Assembly (NCBI RefSeq): GCF_030131845.1
Contig: NZ_JASKYM010000002.1
Location: forward strand, 296,247-320,246
Direction of reading: 5' to 3'
Source: Romboutsia sedimentorum
GTDB lineage: Bacteria; Bacillota; Clostridia; Peptostreptococcales; Peptostreptococcaceae
Length of the DNA stretch: 24,000 nt
Position 1 is the first letter of the stretch; each line of letters opens with the position of its first letter. Positions 16,445 through 23,151 of this stretch are shown one piece after another. The notes beneath the pieces are model-generated. The model was not told where the DNA came from. It saw only the letters and a program-made list of their open reading frames with translations, and made no database searches. The position numbers and the translations under genes were made by a program.

Positions 16445-17359
16445 ATGGCAAGAGGCGACAAAATGAGAGTCAATTATGAGGAGTACCTTGTAGACGACGA
16501 TTTACATATAAACTGGTATCCAGGGCACATGAAAAAAACTAAGGACTTAGTTAGAGACAACTTAAAGTTAGTTGATGTGGTAGTAGAACTTTTAGATTCT
16601 AGAATACCGTTTAGTAGTAAAAATCCAGATATAGATAAACTTGCAGGTGACAAACCTAGAGTTGTTATATTAAATAAATCTGACTTAGCAGATAGAGCTA
16701 AATTAGACAAATGGATAAAATATTATAAAGATCGTGGGATTAAGGCTATACCTATGGACACTATGAAAGGTGTAGGTTTAAATAAAATAGTTGATGAGTG
16801 TAAAGATGCAGTTAAAGATAAAATGGATGCGTTAATTGAAAAAGGAAGAAAAGAAAGACCAATAAGAATTATGATAGTTGGAGTTCCAAACGTAGGTAAA
16901 TCTTCTATTATAAACAAGTTAACTGGTAGAAAAAGTACTGCAACAGGAGATAAACCAGGTGTAACTAAAGGTAAACAATGGGTAAGATTAAAAGGAAACT
17001 TAGAGCTATTAGATACTCCAGGTATACTTTGGCCTAAATTTGAAGACCAAGAAGTTGCTCTTAACTTAGCATTTAGTAGAGCTATAAAAGATGAAGTATT
17101 AGATGTTGAAACTTTATCTTTAAGACTTATAGAAAAACTTATGGTAATAGAACCTGAGAAATTAAAAGCTAGATATAAGTTAGAAGAGTTAGGCGAAACT
17201 GGATTAGACACTATGGATATGATAGGTCGTAAAAGAGGGTTTATAACAGGTAAAAAAGAACTTGATTATACTCGTATAGCTACCACTGTTTTAAACGAAT
17301 TTAGAGAAGGTAAAATAGGTAGAATAAGCTTAGAAGTTCCAGAAGATATAAAAAAGTAA
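16445..17359 (+). CDS. rbgA: Ribosome biogenesis GTPase A (YlqF/RbgA), circularly permuted GTPase
   Basis: INWYPGHMKKT, permuted G4 LNKSDL, the G1 motif GVPNVGKSSIINKL, and DTPGILWPKFED. AAGGAG at 16431-16436 lies 8 nt before the ATG at 16445. An alternative ATG at 16463 is also preceded by AGAGG. The ORF-track GTG at 16436 is inside the SD. Confidence 0.93.
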   Translation: MARGDKMRVNYEEYLVDDDLHINWYPGHMKKTKDLVRDNLKLVDVVVELLDSRIPFSSKNPDIDKLAGDKPRVVILNKSDLADRAKLDKWIKYYKDRGIKAIPMDTMKGVGLNKIVDECKDAVKDKMDALIEKGRKERPIRIMIVGVPNVGKSSIINKLTGRKSTATGDKPGVTKGKQWVRLKGNLELLDTPGILWPKFEDQEVALNLAFSRAIKDEVLDVETLSLRLIEKLMVIEPEKLKARYKLEELGETGLDTMDMIGRKRGFITGKKELDYTRIATTVLNEFREGKIGRISLEVPEDIKK

Positions 17360-17370
17360 TTATATAATAA

Positions 17371-17415
17371 AAAACAAAAAGGTATTGATTTAAAAATCAA
17401 TACCTTTTTTGTTTT
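17371..17415. terminator. Near-perfect palindromic (bidirectional) rho-independent terminator after rbgA
   Basis: AAAACAAAAA-GGTATTGATTT-aa-AAATCAATACC-TTTTTTGTTTT. Confidence 0.85.
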
Positions 17416-17445
17416 ATTATATATAGAATTAAAATAAAAAATTAA

Positions 17446-17454
17446 TGATATAAT
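17446..17454 (+). promoter_or_regulatory. Extended -10 promoter for the orphan 110-aa gene
   Basis: TGATATAAT is a perfect TGnTATAAT, about 40 nt upstream of the ATG at 17493. Confidence 0.5.
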
Positions 17455-17492
17455 TATTATATGTTTTAATCAAAAAATTAGGGGGTAAAATT

Positions 17493-17825
17493 ATGGGATT
17501 ATGCAAAGATGAAATAAAAAAATTAATAAGTGGGGAAGTAGAGAAAGTACATATAATTTCAGAATTTGAATCTATGGAAAGTATATCGACAGCATTACAA
17601 GTGTGGACGTATGATAAATCAAAAGACATAATATCATATTGTACAATAACAAAATCCAATTATAAGAAACCATATTTTATAAAAATAAAGAATGGTTCAA
17701 ATTTTGTTGAAAAAAAATATGTTGGCGAAAGTTTAACCGATGATACTAAGCTTACGTTAACTACTAAAGAAAGAGCCTTTGAAATTTTAGAAAATTTAAA
17801 AATACCCAAAGATGTTATAATGTAA
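17493..17825 (+). CDS. Hypothetical 110-aa soluble protein with no motif I recognise
   Basis: Strong SD (AGGGGG, 17480-17485) 7 nt before the ATG. Codon usage matches the neighbouring genes. It has its own promoter and follows the rbgA terminator. Confidence 0.7.
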   Translation: MGLCKDEIKKLISGEVEKVHIISEFESMESISTALQVWTYDKSKDIISYCTITKSNYKKPYFIKIKNGSNFVEKKYVGESLTDDTKLTLTTKERAFEILENLKIPKDVIM

Positions 17826-17850
17826 TTATTTTATAAGTACAATTTATAAA

Positions 17851-17885
17851 TCCTTTAACATATTATAAAATAAAATGTTAAAGGA
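17851..17885 (+). other. Perfect 11-bp stem-loop whose 3' arm covers the SD of the downstream coiled-coil gene
   Basis: TCCTTTAACAT (17851-17861) pairs with ATGTTAAAGGA (17875-17885), with a 13-nt loop. AAAGGA (17880-17885) is the only SD-like element before the ATG at 17895. No T-run follows. Confidence 0.5.
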
Positions 17886-17894
17886 TGATGAGAT

Positions 17895-18479
17895 ATGAAT
17901 CGAAAAATGAGCATATTAGCAGCTATAAGTATAGTATTAGTATTGTCATTAGTAGTACTAGGTGTTAAGTTTAAATCTACAAGTAGCCAAGTAGAAAATT
18001 TAAATGAAAAATTAGAAACAAGTAACAAAAGATTAACTTCATTGCTAATAAAAAATGAAGATTTAGAAAAAGATTTAGAGAACAAAGATCTAATAATAAA
18101 AGAACAAAATATGGGGATACGAAAACTTGATGATTTAATATCTATTAAAGAAAGTACTATAAAAGAAATAGATGATTTAATAATACAAAAGAAAATTAGA
18201 ATAGATAAAATAGATAAAATAATAAAACAGCAAGAAGATAAAATATCTAAATTAAATAAGCTGATAAATACTAAAGATAAAAAAATAACAGACTTAGATA
18301 AATATATTAAAAATAAAGATAATTACACACAGGAACTTCAAAATTTAATAAATACTAAAGACAAAAATATAGAAAATATAAAAAAAGAAAAAGAAACTTT
18401 TGGTAATAAAAGAAACGAATTGCAAAATAAAGTAACACAGTTAGAAAATGAAATAAAAGACTTAAATCTAATAAAATAA
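17895..18479 (+). CDS. Hypothetical membrane-anchored coiled-coil protein (N-terminal TM/signal anchor + ~170-aa K/D/E/I/N-rich coiled coil with six 14-aa repeats)
   Basis: A hydrophobic segment SILAAISIVLVLSLVVLGV (aa 6-24) is followed by continuous heptad periodicity. Confidence 0.7.
   Translation: MNRKMSILAAISIVLVLSLVVLGVKFKSTSSQVENLNEKLETSNKRLTSLLIKNEDLEKDLENKDLIIKEQNMGIRKLDDLISIKESTIKEIDDLIIQKKIRIDKIDKIIKQQEDKISKLNKLINTKDKKITDLDKYIKNKDNYTQELQNLINTKDKNIENIKKEKETFGNKRNELQNKVTQLENEIKDLNLIK
18129..18380 (+). repeat. Six tandem degenerate 42-nt (14-aa) in-frame repeats inside the coiled-coil gene
   Basis: Units: DDLISIKESTIKEI / DDLIIQKKIRIDKI / DKIIKQQEDKISKL / NKLINTKDKKITDL / DKYIKNKDNYTQEL / QNLINTKDKNIENI. 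The pattern is x-x-L/I-I-x-x-K-D/E-x-x-I-x-x-L/I. Units 4 and 6 share an exact 14-nt ATAAATACTAAAGA. Confidence 0.8.
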
Positions 18480-18491
18480 AATTTGAAATGA

Positions 18492-18525
18492 AAAAGCTAG
18501 CTTAGTTTATATTAAGCTAGCTTTT
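18492..18525 (+). terminator. Probable (weak) rho-independent terminator after the coiled-coil gene
   Basis: AAAAGCTAGCTTA / TAAGCTAGCTTTT form a 13-bp stem with an 8-nt loop. Only 4 T residues precede AAAC. Confidence 0.5.
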
Positions 18526-18550
18526 AAACTTTAATAAAAATATAACTATG

Positions 18551-18564
18551 GTTGCAAATGCAAC
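18551..18564. promoter_or_regulatory. Inverted repeat, a candidate MarR operator upstream of the marR-MATE operon
   Basis: GTTGCA-aa-TGCAAC is a perfect 6-bp inverted repeat about 70 nt upstream of the marR start. It is followed by TTGAAG ... TATACA promoter-like hexamers (18570-18598). Confidence 0.35.
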
Positions 18565-18634
18565 TAAATTGAAGTATACTAAAACAGTTGTGTATACAAT
18601 AAACTATACATATCCACAAGGAGTTGGAAACTTG

Positions 18635-19054
18635 ATGAAACAAAATTGTGAATACATCGGAAAATATATATCTCAAATGTATAGAAAAGGCAGCTCATTT
18701 GTATCTAAGGAACTTAACGATTTAGAAATAGGTTCAGGCCAAGTTATGTTTTTACTAGAACTCTACAGAAAAGATGGAAGAAATCAAGAAGAACTCTCAG
18801 ATATTCTTAATATAGACAAAGGAACTACTGCACGAGCTATAAAAAAATTAGAATTAAATAATTTCTTAATTAGAGTAAAAGATGAAAATGATAAGAGAGC
18901 ATATAAAGTTTACTTAACTCAAAAGAGTAAGGATTTAGAAAAAGAGATTTATGCTGTTATGATGAACTGGGAAGATATCATAAGTTCGAAACTTACTAAA
19001 GATGAAACAAGAACGATGATATTATTACTTAGAAAAATGTGCACAATTAAATAA
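18635..19054 (+). CDS. MarR-family transcriptional regulator
   Basis: Winged-HTH core: GSGQVMFLLELYRKDGRNQEELSDILNIDKGTTARAIKKLELNNFLIRVKDENDKRAYKVYLT. AAGGAG at 18618-18623 precedes TTG 18632 / ATG 18635. The ORF-track start at 18548 adds 29 aa with no SD. Confidence 0.88.
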   Translation: MKQNCEYIGKYISQMYRKGSSFVSKELNDLEIGSGQVMFLLELYRKDGRNQEELSDILNIDKGTTARAIKKLELNNFLIRVKDENDKRAYKVYLTQKSKDLEKEIYAVMMNWEDIISSKLTKDETRTMILLLRKMCTIK

Positions 19055-19065
19055 GGAGGTAATTT

Positions 19066-20442
19066 ATGAAAAACTCGCAAGTATTAGGAACAGAATCAAT
19101 TGGAAAATTATTAATTAAATATTCAATACCGGCAATTATAGGAATGATAGTTAACGCACTTTATAATGTAGTAGATAGAATATTTATTGGAAATATACCT
19201 GATGTAGGACCGTTAGCTATAACAGGTGTTGGCGTTACAATGCCTATTATGACTATAATATTAGCATTTGCAATGCTTATCGGGATAGGTGTCACAACTA
19301 ACATTTCAATTAAATTAGGTCAAGGTAAAAAAGAAGAAGCGCAAAAACTTATAGGAAATGGTATAACATTATCAATAATCATAAGTGTAATTATAAGTAT
19401 AGTAGGAATAATATTTGGAGATAGTATACTAAAGTTATTTGGGGCAAGTGATCAAACACTATATTATGCTCAATCGTATATATATATAATTTTAGCAGGA
19501 ACTATATTTAACATATTAGCATTTACATTAAATAATACCATAAGAGGAGATGGGAATCCAAAACTTGCTGCAACTATAATGGTTGTAGGGTGTTTAACTA
19601 ATATAGTATTAGATGCTGTTTTAATATTTGTATTTAAATTAGGTATACAAGGTGCTGCAATAGCAACTGTAATATCTCAAATGGTAACGGCAATATGGGC
19701 ATTAATGTATTATGTAAAAGCAAAATCTAATCTTAAATTTGAAAAATCAAGTTTAAAACTAGATAAATCATTAGTAAAGATAATATTTGCAATAGGATCA
19801 GCTCCTTTTGCGATGCAAATAGCTACAAGTTTGGTTCAAGTAATATCTAACAATGCATTAAAAGTATATGGTGGAGATTTAGCAATAGGAGCTATGGCAA
19901 CTATATCATCTATATCTATGATATTTTTAATGCCTATATTTGGGCTTAATCAGGGTGCACAACCTATAATTGGATTTAATTATGGAGCAAAACAATATGA
20001 CAGAGCAAATAATGCTTTTAAAGTATCAGCGTTAGCATCAATTATAATAATGACTAGTGGATGGTTATTGGTTCAAACTGTACCTGAACTTATAGTTGGA
20101 ATGTTCAACAAAGATCCAAAACTTATGAAAATAACAGTTAATGGAATTAGAATATACTTACTTATGTTACCTATAATAGGTGTGTCTATAACTGGTTCGA
20201 ACTATATTCAATCAGTAGGAAAAGCAAAAATAGCAATGGTGTTAAGTTTACTAAGACAAGTTATACTACTGATTCCTATGATTGTTATATTGCCAAAATT
20301 CTTTGGATTAGATGGTGTATGGTATGCTCAACCGGTATCGGATTTTTTAGCTACAGCAATTACGGTAGTTATATTAGTTAAAGAATTAAGAAGTTATAAA
20401 AAAGATGATTTTGTAAAAAATGAAAAAAAACTAACGGCATAA
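19066..20442 (+). CDS. MATE-family multidrug/toxic-compound efflux transporter
   Basis: 458 aa with about 12 TM segments. The N-terminal KLLIKYSIPAIIGMIVNALYNVVDRIFIGN is typical of MATE. The SD AAGGAGG overlaps the marR stop, so the two genes are co-transcribed. Confidence 0.9.
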   Translation: MKNSQVLGTESIGKLLIKYSIPAIIGMIVNALYNVVDRIFIGNIPDVGPLAITGVGVTMPIMTIILAFAMLIGIGVTTNISIKLGQGKKEEAQKLIGNGITLSIIISVIISIVGIIFGDSILKLFGASDQTLYYAQSYIYIILAGTIFNILAFTLNNTIRGDGNPKLAATIMVVGCLTNIVLDAVLIFVFKLGIQGAAIATVISQMVTAIWALMYYVKAKSNLKFEKSSLKLDKSLVKIIFAIGSAPFAMQIATSLVQVISNNALKVYGGDLAIGAMATISSISMIFLMPIFGLNQGAQPIIGFNYGAKQYDRANNAFKVSALASIIIMTSGWLLVQTVPELIVGMFNKDPKLMKITVNGIRIYLLMLPIIGVSITGSNYIQSVGKAKIAMVLSLLRQVILLIPMIVILPKFFGLDGVWYAQPVSDFLATAITVVILVKELRSYKKDDFVKNEKKLTA

Positions 20443-20452
20443 AAGTTAAAAA

Positions 20453-20481
20453 AGTATAGATCTTATCTATGCTTTTTTTTT
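20453..20481 (+). terminator. Rho-independent terminator after the MATE gene
   Basis: AGTATAGAT-ctt-ATCTATGCT (one G-U pair) is followed by T9. Confidence 0.75.
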
Positions 20482-20633
20482 GTTTTGTATAGGAAGAAGT
20501 TTTCTTGGATTTTAATATGAAAAATGAAATAAAAAATAAAAAATATGAAAAAATATAAAAAAAAGTATAATGAAATGAAATGCTTAGACTTAAGTTATTC
20601 CATAATGCGACAAGAAAATGATTTCATAAATAG

Positions 20634-20648
20634 AATTGTCAGAAAGTT
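20634..20648 (+). promoter_or_regulatory. Candidate CodY box upstream of brnQ
   Basis: AATTGTCAGAAAGTT matches 13 of 15 positions of the Firmicute CodY consensus AATTTTCWGAAAATT. It lies 20 nt upstream of the brnQ -35. Confidence 0.4.
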
Positions 20649-20667
20649 TAATAAATTTTAAATATTA

Positions 20668-20697
20668 TTGACCTTTTGAAAATATAGATGTTATAAT
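20668..20697 (+). promoter_or_regulatory. Sigma-A promoter of brnQ (with extended -10)
   Basis: TTGACC (20668-20673), an 18-nt spacer ending in TGT, then TATAAT (20692-20697). Confidence 0.6.
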
Positions 20698-20784
20698 TAA
20701 TTCAAAATATTAAATTAAAAAATAATTTGATATTTTGAAGTTATAATTATTTAGATTTACATGAATTTTTAAGGGGGCAATAAT

Positions 20785-22086
20785 ATGAATAAAACAAATA
20801 AAGATGTAGTGATAGTTGGATTTGCACTGTTCGCCATGTTCTTTGGAGCAGGGAACTTAATTTTCCCACCGTTTCTAGGAGTGATTTCTGGCTCAAGCTG
20901 GATAACCGGATTTGGTGGATTTTTACTAGCAGATGTTGGTTTAGCATTATTAGCAGTAGCAGCTTCAGCTAAATGTAATGGAGAAATAAGTCAAATTCTT
21001 GGAAGAGCAGGAAAAAATTTAGCTTTAATATTAGGTTCAGCAATAATGATATGCCTAGGACCGCTTTTAGCAATACCTAGAACAGCAGCAACAACTTTTG
21101 AGATGGGTGTAGCACCAATATTTAATGGATTTAATCCGATATTATTCTCAATATTATTCTTTGCATTAACTTTTATATTAACTATAAAGCCATCAAAAGT
21201 TGTAGATATAATAGGACAATATTTAACACCAGCATTATTAATTGCATTAGGAGTGTTAATAGTTAAAGGTATAATGTCTCCACTAGGAGAAATAAACCCA
21301 CAACCAATGATAAACGATATCTTTGCAGAAGGTGTTAAACAAGGATATCAAACAATGGATGCATTAGGTGCAGTTGCATTGTCAACAGTTATAATAACAT
21401 CACTTACAAACAAAGGTTATACTGATCAAAATCAAAAAGTTAAATTAACTATGAAAGCAGGGATTGTTGCTGCTATAGGATTGTTCTTAGTATACGGAGG
21501 ACTAACATACCTAGGAGCAACAGTATCTAAAATATACGGACAAGATGTAGTAAGAACATCATTAATAGTAGAAATAACAGCATCACTTCTTGGTCACCCA
21601 GGAAAAATTATATTAGCTTTAATAGTAGGGTTAGCTTGTTTAACAACAGCTATAGGTCTTGTGTCCGCAACAGCACAATTCTTCTCAAAGCTTACAAATG
21701 GAAAAGTAAAGTATGAAACAATAGTTACAGCAGTTTGTATATTTAGTGCAATAGTATCAAACTTCGGAGTAAGTACAATAATACAATTCTCTGGTCCTAT
21801 ATTAGATATAATATATCCAGCAACAGTTGTATTAGTAATAATGACATTATTTAGTTCTAAAATTAAAAATGATAATGCATTTAAAGGCGCAACTTATATG
21901 GCTTTAATAGTAAGTGTATTAACTGTAGCAAATAATTTAGGAGTATCTATACCAATGGTTACTAAATTACCATTTAACTCATTAGGATTTAACTGGATAG
22001 TACCAGTTTTAATAGCAGGTATAGTAGGTAACTTTATACCTTCAACTAATAAACAAACAAGAATAGACATTGATAAAGTTGGTTAA
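20785..22086 (+). CDS. brnQ: Branched-chain amino acid transport system II carrier protein (LIVCS family)
   Basis: The N-terminal VVIVGFALFAMFFGAGNLIFPPFLG signature is present; 433 aa with about 12 TM segments. SD AAGGGGG at 20771-20777. Confidence 0.93.
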   Translation: MNKTNKDVVIVGFALFAMFFGAGNLIFPPFLGVISGSSWITGFGGFLLADVGLALLAVAASAKCNGEISQILGRAGKNLALILGSAIMICLGPLLAIPRTAATTFEMGVAPIFNGFNPILFSILFFALTFILTIKPSKVVDIIGQYLTPALLIALGVLIVKGIMSPLGEINPQPMINDIFAEGVKQGYQTMDALGAVALSTVIITSLTNKGYTDQNQKVKLTMKAGIVAAIGLFLVYGGLTYLGATVSKIYGQDVVRTSLIVEITASLLGHPGKIILALIVGLACLTTAIGLVSATAQFFSKLTNGKVKYETIVTAVCIFSAIVSNFGVSTIIQFSGPILDIIYPATVVLVIMTLFSSKIKNDNAFKGATYMALIVSVLTVANNLGVSIPMVTKLPFNSLGFNWIVPVLIAGIVGNFIPSTNKQTRIDIDKVG

Positions 22087-22177
22087 TTAGTAAATAATAT
22101 ATTTACATTTTAAAGATTAAATTATATTTTTAAAAACTAATATTTTTAGAAATTATTATATAATTGGATAGTATTAT

Positions 22178-22212
22178 AAAAATCGTTGATATTAATTTAT
22201 CAACGATTTTTT
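22178..22212 (+). terminator. Rho-independent terminator downstream of brnQ
   Basis: AAAAATCGTTGATA-ttaatt-TATCAACGATTTTTT. Confidence 0.8.
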
Positions 22213-22307
22213 ATTTGTAATGATTTTATAATTACTGTGTATAAGGTATACTAAATTGTAGTGATATTTAGTAAAATAAATAATACATAATGTTAAGGAG
22301 AAAAAAT

Positions 22308-23075
22308 ATGAAAGACAAAAATGTAAAAGAAATTAAAGAAATAATAGATAATTTAAGTTCTGATAAATACTTAGAATATATAGATATATTAAGACTTGAT
22401 GAGAGAAAATCAGTTCAAAATATAGCTGTAAAAATGGCAAAGAAATTAGATTCTATTAGAAGGGAAGATGAAAGGCTAGAAGCTATAAATATATTTGAAA
22501 ATGAAGGATACAACAAAGGATATATGTATATTGGGGGGATAGATGAGGCTGGACGAGGACCTCTTGCAGGACCTGTTGTAGCTGCTGTAGTAATATTTAA
22601 ACCAAATACTAAGATAGAAGGCGTAAATGACTCTAAAAAGCTAAGTGAGTCAAGAAGAGATGAATTGTTTGATATAATAAAAGATCAAGCTCTAGATTAC
22701 GGAATAGGGATAGTTAACAATGAGGAAATAGATAAATTTAATATATTAAATGCTACTTATATGGCTATGAAAAAGGCAGTAAATTGTTTAGAAAAAAATC
22801 CTGATTATTTATTAATAGATGCTACAACAATACCAGGGGTAGATATAGCACAAAATCCTATAATAAAAGGTGATTTAAAATCTATATCTATAGCAGCAGC
22901 AAGTATATTAGCTAAGGTTACAAGGGATAGTATAATGTATCAATATGATGAAGTATATCCAGGATATGGATTTAAATCACATAAAGGATATGGAACTAAA
23001 GAGCACTATGAAGCTATTGAAAAACAAGGAATAACACCTATTCACAGAAAGAGTTTCTTGAAAAATATATTATAA
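22308..23075 (+). CDS. rnhB: Ribonuclease HII
   Basis: GIDEAGRGPLAGPVVAAAV (DEAGRG catalytic motif), DSKKLS, and SIAAASILAKVTRD. It has the ~70-aa N-terminal extension typical of Firmicute RNase HII. AAGGAG at 22295-22300 lies 7 nt before the ATG at 22308. The ORF-track ATG at 22290 lies upstream of that SD and has none of its own. Confidence 0.93.
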   Translation: MKDKNVKEIKEIIDNLSSDKYLEYIDILRLDERKSVQNIAVKMAKKLDSIRREDERLEAINIFENEGYNKGYMYIGGIDEAGRGPLAGPVVAAVVIFKPNTKIEGVNDSKKLSESRRDELFDIIKDQALDYGIGIVNNEEIDKFNILNATYMAMKKAVNCLEKNPDYLLIDATTIPGVDIAQNPIIKGDLKSISIAAASILAKVTRDSIMYQYDEVYPGYGFKSHKGYGTKEHYEAIEKQGITPIHRKSFLKNIL

Positions 23076-23151
23076 AATACAAACAGCTGCTTTAAGTTAA
23101 TAGGTTATTACAATATACATTATTTGAAACAAATATAAATTGGAGGAAGCT

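Noticed and set aside
16723-17211. 162-aa ORF on the minus strand, antisense to rbgA
   Set aside because: It is a shadow ORF fully inside a strongly supported GTPase gene. The translation is low-complexity and Ser/Leu/Phe/Ile-rich, as is typical of antisense frames in AT-rich genomes. It has no SD or promoter.
18549-18564. Sigma-54-like TGG...TGCA pattern overlapping the marR-upstream palindrome
   Set aside because: The GG-to-GC spacing is 8 nt rather than the required 10. No bEBP-type activator is nearby, and the PRD regulator in the window lacks an AAA+ domain.
20443-20784. T-box or other riboswitch, or an sRNA, in the long spacer upstream of brnQ
   Set aside because: The predicted promoter leaves a leader of only ~80 nt. 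I found no terminator/antiterminator pair, no T-box-like conserved sequence and no GC-rich helices. A 13-codon ORF (20517-20558) has no SD.
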